Part shown: one piece after another, positions 30,797 to 40,589 of the stretch
Layout of the letters: the number at the start of each line of letters is the position of its first letter
Numbering within the stretch: position 1 is the stretch's first letter
Source: Candidatus Obscuribacterales bacterium
GTDB lineage: Bacteria; Cyanobacteriota; Vampirovibrionia; Obscuribacterales; Obscuribacteraceae
Assembly: GCA_965228855.1 (NCBI GenBank)
Contig: CBDDIJ010000005.1
Coordinates: 96,001 to 160,000 of the forward strand
Direction of reading: 5' to 3'
DNA length: 64,000 nucleotides
The notes under the pieces: generated by a model
What the model was told of the DNA's origin: nothing
Database searches by the model: none
The model's input: only the letters and a program-made list of their open reading frames with translations
Position numbers and translations under genes: made by a program

Positions 30797-31273
30797 ATGC
30801 GAACAGTGGGACATATTATTACCTCGGCAGGCGTAGCCGGGGCTAGCTATATGCGCTACAAGTCGAAACCGGCGGCTGTAGCAACGTTCTTAGTCGGCTG
30901 GCTTATCGATCTGGACCACCTGGTCGACTATGTCAAAGCCCACGGCTGGCGCCCCCATTGGGGAAAGTTCGCAGAAGCGGCGCACGAGGACTACTCAGGC
31001 AAGCTGTATCTTCCGTTACATTCTTACGAGCTTCTGGCTCTGTTCTTCTTTCTCTTCAAAGGCCCTACGCGTCAGCCATACCGCGTTGGAATTACCCTTT
31101 CGATTCTCACCCATCTGCTCTTGGACCAGCGCTGCAATCCGGGAAGAAAACCTTCTACATACTTCCTGACGCACCGAATTCGCAAACGATTCGACGCTCA
31201 CGAAATCCTGAAACCCGCTTGCAGAGAGGCGATTGTGGCACGCCGCGCCAGACGCAATCCGAACCAGATGTAG
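30797..31273 (+). CDS. Small membrane protein, putative metal-dependent hydrolase (YdjM-like)
   Basis: GAGG RBS; H near N-terminus, IDLDH, PLHS, HLLLD motifs. Confidence 0.65.
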   Translation: MRTVGHIITSAGVAGASYMRYKSKPAAVATFLVGWLIDLDHLVDYVKAHGWRPHWGKFAEAAHEDYSGKLYLPLHSYELLALFFFLFKGPTRQPYRVGITLSILTHLLLDQRCNPGRKPSTYFLTHRIRKRFDAHEILKPACREAIVARRARRNPNQM

Positions 31274-31310
31274 CTCGCCGCGCCAGACGCAATCAGAACC
31301 CAATGTAGCT
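31241..31310 (+). repeat. 35-bp tandem duplication spanning a stop codon
   Basis: CGCCGCGCCAGACGCAATCCGAACCAGATGTAGCT vs CGCCGCGCCAGACGCAATCAGAACCCAATGTAGCT, 3 mismatches. Confidence 0.9.
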
Positions 31311-31385
31311 CGCAGAGCACAGCGAAATTCTCACGGGTGCGGTTGAAGACAGTGTCAACCGGGATAAATATCGGGGCGCCATGCG

Positions 31386-32126
31386 CTAGTCGCTTGACTG
31401 TGTTTCGCCGGAAATTGAAATCGGGGTGGGAATCAGCATTGTCGTGTTCTTGCCCTGCGAGACTTCCATTAAGCACTGGAGACGGCGGAGTTGGAATGCA
31501 CCGGGCTCGGCAAAAATAATGTCGGCAGCAGCAGCGAGTTTTGCGGCCGCCTGCAATTCGCCCTCCGCGTTCGTCACGGTGGCGCGACGAAGTCGTTCCG
31601 CCTCTGCTTCGCGAGCCATTGCCCGGCGCATCTGTTCAGGCACCGAAAGATTTTTGAGCTCAACCGACAAAACTTTGATGCCCCAGCGCTCTGTGTCGTC
31701 GTCCAGAGCGGCCTTCATTCGAGTATTAAACTGATCGCGCTCTACCAGCAATTCATCGAGGCTGTAGCGACCAATAACGTTGCGCAGCGTCGCCTGTGCA
31801 AGCTGACCGGTCGACTCGATCGGGTCCTGAACCTTCAAAACGGCTCTGGTAGGGTCCACAACCTGAAAGAAACATACAGCGTTGACCTTGACCATAACGT
31901 TGTCTTTAGTTATGGCATCCTGAGTAGGTATTGCCATTGTGACAACGCGAACGTCGACCTTCTGCGCGCGTTCGATAAAGGGCACAACCAATTTGAACCC
32001 CGGTCCGCGCAAGCCGACGACCTTTCCGAAGCGCATCACCACGAGTCTATCGTACTCTTTAACAATCCGGATACCGGTCGCAAGAGTGATCGCAGTCAGC
32101 AAAAATAATCCGCTAAGAACTTCCAT
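31386..32126 (-). CDS. SPFH/Band-7 (stomatin/slipin) protein
   Basis: IVKEYDRLVVMRFG, ITKDNV, AQATLRNVIG, RAMAREAEAER. Confidence 0.93.
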   Translation of the reverse strand: MEVLSGLFLLTAITLATGIRIVKEYDRLVVMRFGKVVGLRGPGFKLVVPFIERAQKVDVRVVTMAIPTQDAITKDNVMVKVNAVCFFQVVDPTRAVLKVQDPIESTGQLAQATLRNVIGRYSLDELLVERDQFNTRMKAALDDDTERWGIKVLSVELKNLSVPEQMRRAMAREAEAERLRRATVTNAEGELQAAAKLAAAADIIFAEPGAFQLRRLQCLMEVSQGKNTTMLIPTPISISGETQSSD

Positions 32127-32287
32127 CGTTCAATTTCACTTCAGTGGTTCTAGCCCAACATTCCCAGTTTAGCGCCGAGCTCCGACACTTTTTCAGGAAA
32201 CTCAGGGAAAACTCCATATGGACATCAGCGCTCGCCCTTTAGGATGGGAATATCGTAAAGGACGCCCGCATTTTTTGAGGCAGTATT

Positions 32288-35200
32288 ATGGCTGAAAAGG
32301 CTACCGGCGAACGTTCATCTTCGCAATCCACTGATTCTCAAAGCGCGCCAAAGCGTCGCAACATGAAGCGTCACCGCTATCACGAACGTGCGGATCAGTC
32401 CGGCAGGCACGCCTCACAGTGCGTTTTCGGCGACACAACCAATCGCATTGGCTTTCATTCAGGAGAAAACAGTTCGCCTATTCCGCTTCCAGGCGACGCA
32501 AAACCGGCAAAGCACGAAAGGATTTTCCGCCCCGGTCTGGAAACTCTCGCCTTCGGCGTCGCCCTGCCACTAATGGCGGTGGCGGTCGAAACCAACTTTC
32601 ATGTGATGGCCAAACAATACTTCGATCCGTTTCCCACTCACTTTCACGTTTTGCTCTTTCTGCTCATTCCGGTTTCAAACCTTTTATCGTGGCTTGCCGT
32701 TCGATACAAAATTACGCCACTGTATTCGACGATGAGCTTGTGCAGTGGGATGGCACTGGGCATTGCCGTTCTCTACTCTGTCATGTTGATTCCGCAGACG
32801 CCGATGTTCTTCGGCATGCTTTCGATGGGAACCGGCTTCCTGGGCTTAGCTCCTTTGTTCTCGATTCCTATCACTCTTCTGTGCGGCACGACCATTTGTA
32901 AACTGGCAGACAGGGAAAAAACCTTTTTCGACGCTCATCAACTCAAACACCTGGGTCACCTGATCGTGCTCATTATGGTAATCATGGTCGAATTGCCATC
33001 GACGATGACGCGATACTATCTCGGACAAGTTGACAGGTCCGGAAATCCTAATGAGGTTATTCGGTGGTTGCGCCAGTGGGGAAGCCCGGAGGTTTTGCTT
33101 CGTGCCTGTTATGAGCGCTCAGGTGAGGCCACGGACATTCTCGGTTCAATCGCTGAAAACATGCATCCGGTTCCGGTAGAGCGAGCGCGAGCGATTTACT
33201 ATCAGGTGACCGGAGTGGCATTCAATTCCGTTCCGATTCCGCCCTCGTTTCGCGGCACCATAAAGAACTCTGGCGTTGTGACCGATCCAAGTGGTTTGAA
33301 TGAAGGCGTTGAAGACGAATTTGATCTGGACCCGGATATAGCGGGGGAACTTGTAAGCGGTGTCGCCCGAGGTCTTTCAGTCTCTGAATCGAGCATCGAG
33401 GGCTCGATGAATGCTGCCAACGGCATAGGAATTCTCGATTGGTCATTTACTTTCGAAAACGTCTCCACCACCCCCAGGGAAGCAAGAGCAAAAATCTTGT
33501 TGCCACCGAATGCGGTGATCACAAAGGCATCAATCGTTCTTGATGGAGTGGAAAAAGAAACTGTAATTCAAGAGCGGGGATTGGCGAGAAACACTTACGT
33601 GAACTCGGTTTACAGCCACAAGAAAGATCCGTTGCTAGTCAGCATGGACGGTCTCGATAGCGTGCTGGTTCAATGCTATCCGGTGCGTAAAGGTTCCGCA
33701 ACCAAAATAAAATTGCACATAGTTTCTCCCCTCGTCGTCTCAGCGAAGGACGAAGAATCGCTAACACTGCCAACCTTCGAAGAGCGTAATTTTGCAATAG
33801 CAAAGCCGCACAAACTCTCACTTGTAGGTGACAGCAAAATATCAGTTCCTGGAGTTGCGACGACGCAAAAGGGCGATGGCGGCAAACAGGCACTGAGCGC
33901 CACGCTGGACAACTCGCTACTGGCGAGATTCTCGGTTGTACCCAAAATCGAGGCTCGCTCAGGAAGCGCCGAAGAACTCACTATTCGACCACCGGAGTCC
34001 AGCGCGCAAGCGCGGCAAGCGTTTTACTCCGCATTACCAGCCCAGGAGCTTGGATCGCATTTTGAGAGACTGGCAGTCCTGAACGCTTCAACAGACAGGC
34101 CTCTGACGATTATTGTAGACAAGTCGATCACCATGGCTCCTTACATGGACGACATCGTGTCCGCGCTTAACAGCGCCCCTACCAACGTAACGCTCTCACT
34201 GGTGGAAGTACATGACGGTGTCGAATACCTTTTGAAGGAGTCGCTCGCTATCGGAGAGCCTTACAAAAATGCGATTGCAAAATTTGCAGACGTAAAATGC
34301 GATGGCGGACAATCAGATGGAAGGGCTCTGGAGCAGGTCATGCGCGCGGATTCGGGACGCGGAGCCATTCTCTGGATTCACGCAGCTCAACCTCTGGCTG
34401 ATTCAGACACAAGTTTCATCAGAGCGCAGCTCTCGAACGCTCGAGCAACGCGACTCTATGACCTGCAAGTTGCCTCCGGTCCCAATGCCATACTGCCTGA
34501 ATCTTACGACCTTCCGGCACTGAGCCGCGTCGCCCGCAGCGGTTCACTAAAGGCGGATTTGCAAGCATTTCTAACGAACTATGCGCAGAATAAGATTCGA
34601 AGATGCGCCACCACTTATGGTGCACGAGCAGCAAGCTCGATCCCGGAAGTCAAACAAGTACAAGCGTATAAACTGGCACTGGCTCGCTATCAGTCAGGCG
34701 ATCGATATGGCGCCTACGACCTGGCAAAACGCTACCACCTCGTCACGCCGGTTTCCAGCGCGGTAGTTAGCCTGCCTGACGATCAAAAATTCCAGGTCGC
34801 CGAAGAAATTCGTCAGAAGAAATTAGCTGGTAACAAGACATTGGCAGGATTACCGGTTTCGGATATCCGTCAACGTTCAGACGGATTGTTGACGAAACAG
34901 AAATCGATAAGCGAATCCCCACCGTTTTCAGGAGCCCTGGACGAGGTCGCCGCTAAAGGTGACGCGGTGCCTGCGAGACTAAATGCCAGCATGATGCCAG
35001 CCTGCCCGCCTGCAGAGAGCACCCGATTCCAAGCAAAAGAGAGCTCCAGCCTGGAAGCGAAAAAGTTCTTCACCGATTACGACAAGATGTCCAGCTCCGA
35101 TATGCCGCAGCCCGAGCCCGTTCTGCAAGGCGCCACCAACGGAACCGTCGGCCAGCAGCAAGCAGACGGAAGCGAAAGCGATATTGGAGCCGCAGGCAGC

Positions 35201-35584
35201 GCAAGAGGCGGCAGCAACGGATTCGGTCTTCTCGACCGCTTCACCGCAATGAGTGATAGCAGTTCAGCGGCGGCAGGAGGCGTACCGGCATCGGGTCCAG
35301 TTGCATCGATGAATGGATTCAACGGCTCAAACGGTTTAATCGGTGCTCCTGTCGATCCGCGTTACGGTCAATCGAATGAGATCGGTACATTTGTCGACAC
35401 TGGCAATCTCTCGATGGCTGCGGGCACGATGGAACGGAGATCCCACGGTTTCCTCGACGCGACAAGCATTATCATGTTCATGGGCGCGATCTTTTTCGGT
35501 ACGATTGCGTGGTTACTGCTTTCCGCGGCTAGCCGTTTGAAAACAAAAGAAGAGAACCAGTCCGGAAATCCGTTCAAAGACTAA
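32288..35584 (+). CDS. Multi-pass membrane protein with VIT domain, degenerate vWA and C-terminal TM anchor
   Basis: About 5 N-terminal TMs; WSFTFEN...REARAKILLPPNAVI (VIT); IIVDKSITM; LVTPVSSAVV; C-terminal hydrophobic helix plus basic residues. Confidence 0.75.
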   Translation: MAEKATGERSSSQSTDSQSAPKRRNMKRHRYHERADQSGRHASQCVFGDTTNRIGFHSGENSSPIPLPGDAKPAKHERIFRPGLETLAFGVALPLMAVAVETNFHVMAKQYFDPFPTHFHVLLFLLIPVSNLLSWLAVRYKITPLYSTMSLCSGMALGIAVLYSVMLIPQTPMFFGMLSMGTGFLGLAPLFSIPITLLCGTTICKLADREKTFFDAHQLKHLGHLIVLIMVIMVELPSTMTRYYLGQVDRSGNPNEVIRWLRQWGSPEVLLRACYERSGEATDILGSIAENMHPVPVERARAIYYQVTGVAFNSVPIPPSFRGTIKNSGVVTDPSGLNEGVEDEFDLDPDIAGELVSGVARGLSVSESSIEGSMNAANGIGILDWSFTFENVSTTPREARAKILLPPNAVITKASIVLDGVEKETVIQERGLARNTYVNSVYSHKKDPLLVSMDGLDSVLVQCYPVRKGSATKIKLHIVSPLVVSAKDEESLTLPTFEERNFAIAKPHKLSLVGDSKISVPGVATTQKGDGGKQALSATLDNSLLARFSVVPKIEARSGSAEELTIRPPESSAQARQAFYSALPAQELGSHFERLAVLNASTDRPLTIIVDKSITMAPYMDDIVSALNSAPTNVTLSLVEVHDGVEYLLKESLAIGEPYKNAIAKFADVKCDGGQSDGRALEQVMRADSGRGAILWIHAAQPLADSDTSFIRAQLSNARATRLYDLQVASGPNAILPESYDLPALSRVARSGSLKADLQAFLTNYAQNKIRRCATTYGARAASSIPEVKQVQAYKLALARYQSGDRYGAYDLAKRYHLVTPVSSAVVSLPDDQKFQVAEEIRQKKLAGNKTLAGLPVSDIRQRSDGLLTKQKSISESPPFSGALDEVAAKGDAVPARLNASMMPACPPAESTRFQAKESSSLEAKKFFTDYDKMSSSDMPQPEPVLQGATNGTVGQQQADGSESDIGAAGSARGGSNGFGLLDRFTAMSDSSSAAAGGVPASGPVASMNGFNGSNGLIGAPVDPRYGQSNEIGTFVDTGNLSMAAGTMERRSHGFLDATSIIMFMGAIFFGTIAWLLLSAASRLKTKEENQSGNPFKD

Positions 35585-35662
35585 GTTCTCTTCTGTTTCT
35601 CAACAACGAACTCTCAGACGAGTTCCGTTAATCTATTCGACCACTGTTTTATACGACTTGGA

Positions 35663-35977
35663 CTAGTCGACCACGGTCCTATATGAACCGGGCTCATATT
35701 CTCTCTGCTGAATGACTTTGTAGTAGCCCGGCGCCAGGTCAATCGCATTGTGCTCTTCGTGCACCAGCCGCGCACCCGGTTTTGCTTCTAAAATACGGTC
35801 CGACTTCCACTGATAGAGCGCCGCAAAATTCGCGTCAATCGCATGCGCATGTCCCGTCACTTCCCCGTAAGCCAGAACAATTCTGCCATCGGCATCCTGT
35901 TGCACGGCGCCTTTGGGTACAGCGTCCATGTCGACCTTAACTAGCAGCACATCTCCCTGACGGTACTGAATACCCAT
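35663..35977 (-). CDS. Conserved small His-motif protein (usual partner of DUF6745 proteins)
   Basis: YRQGDVLL, LAYGEVTGHAH, HEEH, PGYYKVIQQREY; GGAGGA RBS 6 nt before ATG 35977. Confidence 0.8.
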   Translation of the reverse strand: MGIQYRQGDVLLVKVDMDAVPKGAVQQDADGRIVLAYGEVTGHAHAIDANFAALYQWKSDRILEAKPGARLVHEEHNAIDLAPGYYKVIQQREYEPGSYRTVVD

Positions 35978-36201
35978 GTCCATTCCTCCATGCCCAGGCT
36001 GAAGCCATCGTTCATTTCCCATGATATACGGCTCGGACTCTCCCTGTGATGTCCGTAAGGTTAAATCGGTCAGGTTTGAACTTTAACTCCATTTTTTGCA
36101 ACACTTCAACCTTTCATGCACATGTTTCGCGGCAAAATGGCAATATAGAATTGGTAGGCGTATGGCAATCACCGGCAGTATCAATCGGAAGCTCATCCTC
36201 G

Positions 36202-37773
36202 ATGACCCACCTGGTAGACGATAACCTCAATCATCTGAGTGAGGAACACAAAGAGCTTCTGGAAGAGTTTAACCAGGGCTGGACTCGCCACCAGAAGCAA
36301 CCCAATCAGGTTCAGCGCCACGCTATGGCGCTCGACGTGAAGGAACTTTATACGCGTTCGGGACTGAACACGCCGGTTGTTATCGTCTGCGACAGCATTT
36401 TTCAATTGACCGTTTATCCAATCATCATCGCGCTAATGCTTGATGAACACAGTCGCGACCATGTAATTCCGACTCTGCGGCGCAGCCTGCAAATGCCGCC
36501 GTGGGCACGCTTATGGCAAAACCTGGATGCTCAATTGCAGGATTCGCAGTTGAAAACGCTCGGCGTGAAGAGCGATAAGAACCGCCAGCAAAACTCGCAA
36601 AAGGAATTGAGCAGAAAAATACATCGTATTTATGAAAATGTCGGCGGCACCGTAGATACTCATGACGCGCCACGTTTAACAGCTATAGGTCTGCAAATAA
36701 ATTCGAACTTCCACGCCGCCGTGAAATCGCTACTGGCTTCTTTGAAAAAAGACGTAAACGGCTGGGTGTCCGATCAGGCAATGGAGAAAGCCAATCAGCG
36801 CCACCAGCAAATCACGACCATGTTCGCTCGCATGGAGTCGCAGCTGGATCTTCAATTGTTGCCGCAAATCGTGGCGCGCACAATCAATACTTTCAAAACG
36901 ATTCTTTCGGCAGAAGAAGGTCGTCTTGGCGCTCCTCGCTCAGCCTCGACTTCGCCGCATAGCGGTGAGCACAGCGAAATTCTTTCTTTGATCAATCAAT
37001 CAAAGGGTGAAGATGAAAGTGAAAGTCCGGCAAGACCGGTTGGAAACGCGCTCTGGAGCCCAGCTCGCATGGGCGCTTATAGAGATCCCGCCATTCGTTT
37101 GATTTCGTCCGGGCTGCAACTGGAGCTGTTCAAAAAATCACAACTCATGCAGTCATTTCCACTGCACTTCTTTCTGCGCGATATCGCACAGGACGCCTAC
37201 AGCGCACCAAATCTGGAGTCACTAAACATCTGGAGCCGGTTGCTGGAAAAGGCATACGCGTTACTTTTCTACGAAGGCATCGCCTTCGTTTGCGAATATC
37301 CGGTTTACTCTCGCCTCGATCCCGAACACCGGTTTCACGATGAGAAAGGCGCCGCGCTGAGGTTCAGCGACGAATTCCAAACCCACTTCTGGCACGGACG
37401 TCGCGTCTCGCGCGATATCATCGAAGATCCAGATAGTATCAACGTCGATAGAATCGAGCGCGAGCGTAATGTAGAGACTCGCTCCATTCTCATAGAACGC
37501 TACGGCTTGGAGCGCTTTTTGAAGGACTCAGGCGCAGTCAAAATCAGCGAAGACGAATGCGGAGTACTCTATCGAAAAGTTTTCACCTCATCCGATTCGA
37601 TGACCGACGAGCCGCTGGTCGTTGTGATGGTCAACAACTCGACACCCGAACCGGACGGAACCAGTAAGCAATACTTTCTGAGAGTCCCCCCGGGCGTGCG
37701 GAGCGCTCGAGAAGGCGTCGCCTGGACGTTTGGTTTGAGCGAGGACGAATACGCTCCGGGTGTGGAATCGTAG
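36202..37773 (+). CDS. DUF6745-like domain protein
   Basis: RFHDEKGAALRFSD...FWHG, ERNVETRSILIERYG, NSTPEPDGTSKQYFLRVPP...AVAW-like GVAWTFG; start uncertain. Confidence 0.75.
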   Translation: MTHLVDDNLNHLSEEHKELLEEFNQGWTRHQKQPNQVQRHAMALDVKELYTRSGLNTPVVIVCDSIFQLTVYPIIIALMLDEHSRDHVIPTLRRSLQMPPWARLWQNLDAQLQDSQLKTLGVKSDKNRQQNSQKELSRKIHRIYENVGGTVDTHDAPRLTAIGLQINSNFHAAVKSLLASLKKDVNGWVSDQAMEKANQRHQQITTMFARMESQLDLQLLPQIVARTINTFKTILSAEEGRLGAPRSASTSPHSGEHSEILSLINQSKGEDESESPARPVGNALWSPARMGAYRDPAIRLISSGLQLELFKKSQLMQSFPLHFFLRDIAQDAYSAPNLESLNIWSRLLEKAYALLFYEGIAFVCEYPVYSRLDPEHRFHDEKGAALRFSDEFQTHFWHGRRVSRDIIEDPDSINVDRIERERNVETRSILIERYGLERFLKDSGAVKISEDECGVLYRKVFTSSDSMTDEPLVVVMVNNSTPEPDGTSKQYFLRVPPGVRSAREGVAWTFGLSEDEYAPGVES

Positions 37774-37839
37774 ATAGATTGGTGCCTCTTCTCAACGGGC
37801 ATATTAGAATGCAAGAAAAGCGCTATCGAGAAGCCTTGT

Positions 37840-39006
37840 GTGAAAAAATCGAACTCACGATGCGTTGCGGTTACCTCGGCAACTGTTGCCTTAACAGTTG
37901 CACTGGCTCTTTTGAGCGGCGAAACAGCTCGCGCCGGTGATGACCCTTTTGCACTCACGGACGAAGGAAGCTCGATGAAAACGGTCCCGGGGCGCCAAGC
38001 AATCGACGGTGGAACGTTCTTAAAACCAGCAAATAATCCTGTCGAAACAAAACCCACGGCGAATGCGTTTTTGGAACCGTTGCCGCCAGGAGAACCGCTT
38101 CAAGTAGGTTTCGACTTACTAAAAAAACTCGAGTATGAACGCGCTCTGGCCGCGTTTAACATAGCGGCTCGAACGAACCCGACTGCTGCCGAACCGCACT
38201 TCGGGCGAGCAAAGGCACTGCTAGGACTGCAGCGTAGAGACGAGGCACTCAAAGAATTCAAACTCTGTACTCTTCTGGATCCATCCGCTAGCAACACCGA
38301 AAAGTGCGATAAAGAGATCGAATACTACACGGCGAAAGCGCCTGCAGGCGCGCCTCTCACCGTGACCTCAGAAGACATCGAGAAATCGAGCACAAGGGTC
38401 ACGAATCAAGCGTCCAGCCGAATTAAACAGATTCACAGCGAAGCAGCCGCACGCGGTCTCTATCTGAGTCGCGCCAGTCTCGGAAGCAAATCTTCTAAAT
38501 ACCGACACATCCCGGTCCCGGCTATGCCGTCCTCCTCTCTGTCTCTAAATGGCGGCGGCGGCGGTCTTTCTGCACACGACTATTACATTCGAAATGGAAC
38601 ACTCAGCGGTTACGACTCACGTGCGTACAGTCGCTCGCGAAGATATGATGCAGCAGCAAAAGCTGACGACGCAAGGCGCCGCGCCGAGGCTGTTCGAGAC
38701 GCTGCAATCGGTTTGAATCAAGCGATGTCCACCAAACCATCCGACTCCTCCGGGGTATATCTATCGCCGCATGGGACCAATCTGTATGTGAGAAACTACG
38801 TCAACTTCGATCCGGTGAAACAAGAAGCGGTACAAACCGAAGCATTGTCGGCGAAGCAAATGTCTATTGACACCACAGGTGGTGCAGAGAAGCCAGTGAA
38901 GCTCCCGGCTAAGCCATCACCGATCGATCCGCAATTGCCATCGCTTGACGAGCTAGTCAAATCAGCGAGTCCAAAATCCGCACCAACGTCTTTTTCAAAC
39001 AAGTAA
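37840..39006 (+). CDS. Secreted TPR-containing protein
   Basis: Signal peptide (ARA-GD), 2-3 TPRs, C-terminal GTNLYVRNY motif. Confidence 0.75.
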   Translation: MKKSNSRCVAVTSATVALTVALALLSGETARAGDDPFALTDEGSSMKTVPGRQAIDGGTFLKPANNPVETKPTANAFLEPLPPGEPLQVGFDLLKKLEYERALAAFNIAARTNPTAAEPHFGRAKALLGLQRRDEALKEFKLCTLLDPSASNTEKCDKEIEYYTAKAPAGAPLTVTSEDIEKSSTRVTNQASSRIKQIHSEAAARGLYLSRASLGSKSSKYRHIPVPAMPSSSLSLNGGGGGLSAHDYYIRNGTLSGYDSRAYSRSRRYDAAAKADDARRRAEAVRDAAIGLNQAMSTKPSDSSGVYLSPHGTNLYVRNYVNFDPVKQEAVQTEALSAKQMSIDTTGGAEKPVKLPAKPSPIDPQLPSLDELVKSASPKSAPTSFSNK

Positions 39007-39014
39007 CCGGGACG

Positions 39015-40550
39015 ATGTTGCAGCACAGCTCCAGATTTGAAGGAAAACCGCTTGCGCTCGTAACGTTTCTAGTTCTCGGTCTCCTACACATCCAACTCTT
39101 TGCGCCATGTTCTGCCGAGGACATGCAGTCCGTAAGTCAAACAGCTAATTCATCGGGCGGTCAACCTCCTGCAACATCGAACAGTGGGAACACGGAACAA
39201 GCCGCCACAGGCGGTGATTCTGTTGCAAAAACGCCAGAGACCTTTTCGCTTCCGGAAGGTCAATCTCTGTTTGTTAAAGGTAAATATGACGAAGCTCTGA
39301 AGCACTTCGATAAAGGCGTCGACGATAATCCAACGGACTCGGCGAGTCATTTGTGGAGAGCCCGATGTCTCGACGCACTTTTGCGCTTCAAGGACGCTAG
39401 CGCTGAATATAAGCTAGCCATGCTTCTCTCCAGCGACGACGCTGTAAAAAAAGAGTGCGCAGAGGCGTTGAAAAAGAATAACGAGCCAGTGCCGACCGGA
39501 ACAGTTTTGCCAGTCGAAAACAAGAAAGCATTTAAACTCTCAACCAAGAAATTGGAGTGGAACGTCGGCGCGGAGAAAGAATTTAAAGCCAATCTCGATG
39601 CCCAGGATGCTCAACTTGCAGCCGCTCTCAGGGGCGGTCCCGGTGTTTTCGGATTGGCTACCGGTCGAGGTTTTCGCCCGGTCAATCTAGAGGCGGAACT
39701 CAAAGCTGGACCGGCACACTCTACTTTCCAGCTTGCAGCTGAAGATGTTCGCGCCTTGCAAAACGCTGATGTTTACATCATTCTCGATCACTCGGGCTCG
39801 ATGAGTTCCGAAGACTGCCCATCTGCAGATCTTAAACCAATGGAGCGTTTGGAGTGGGCCATCGAGGAGATGCTGGGCTTCACCAGGACTCTGGAAAAAG
39901 CCCTGCCGCACGGTTTCATCTTCATCCCGTTCAACAACACACCGGAAGCGCACTCAATTCGAAGCGCAGAACAGTTCAATCAACTGCTTCATAACATGAA
40001 GCCCGCCGGAGGCACTCAACTATCTCCTGCTATCGAACTGGCTTTTCGCTATCATGCCTATCATCTGGACAAACCGATCTTGATCGCAATCGTAAGCGAT
40101 GGCGAAGTCAGTATCGACAATGTGAAAAAGACAATTGCCGATGCGACCAGACGCTTTCCCCTTCCTAACGGTCTGTTTGTCACATTTTGCCAGATCGGCA
40201 TCACGTCCTCAGCGAGAACAGAGTTGACCGAGGAGATGAAACAGCAAATGGGCAACGACATACAGGGATTGTACTCGCTGAACTATCTCGTAAACAACTC
40301 TCGCGCGGTCTACAATCCGTGCCTCGTAGTGCCGTTCAAACAGCTGCGCAAGTACGGTTTAGGTAGAACCATACTTAGAGGACTGCGCGCATATTACCCG
40401 GTGAAACCAACGGCAGCCGCCACCACAGACGGTGACAAGGCGAAACCGAACGGGTCGAAACAAGACGCGGGAAAAACGAAAGAGTCGAAACCGGTTACGT
40501 CGAAACCTGGCACCGGAAAGACTAATGGAACGAAAACGCCGGCAAAGTAA
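39015..40550 (+). CDS. Secreted TPR + vWA domain protein
   Basis: Signal peptide, TPRs, intact MIDAS (ILDHSGSM...GGT...VSDG). Confidence 0.8.
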   Translation: MLQHSSRFEGKPLALVTFLVLGLLHIQLFAPCSAEDMQSVSQTANSSGGQPPATSNSGNTEQAATGGDSVAKTPETFSLPEGQSLFVKGKYDEALKHFDKGVDDNPTDSASHLWRARCLDALLRFKDASAEYKLAMLLSSDDAVKKECAEALKKNNEPVPTGTVLPVENKKAFKLSTKKLEWNVGAEKEFKANLDAQDAQLAAALRGGPGVFGLATGRGFRPVNLEAELKAGPAHSTFQLAAEDVRALQNADVYIILDHSGSMSSEDCPSADLKPMERLEWAIEEMLGFTRTLEKALPHGFIFIPFNNTPEAHSIRSAEQFNQLLHNMKPAGGTQLSPAIELAFRYHAYHLDKPILIAIVSDGEVSIDNVKKTIADATRRFPLPNGLFVTFCQIGITSSARTELTEEMKQQMGNDIQGLYSLNYLVNNSRAVYNPCLVVPFKQLRKYGLGRTILRGLRAYYPVKPTAAATTDGDKAKPNGSKQDAGKTKESKPVTSKPGTGKTNGTKTPAK

Positions 40551-40560
40551 TTTGCCGGCG
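40533..40560 (-). terminator. Terminator of the rpo operon, overlapping the convergent gene's stop codon
   Basis: Perfect 10-bp stem CGCCGGCAAA/TTTGCCGGCG with 4-nt loop; TTTT tail on minus strand. Confidence 0.75.
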
Positions 40561-40589
40561 CTCCCTGTTTTCTTATTTCCGCAAATCGA

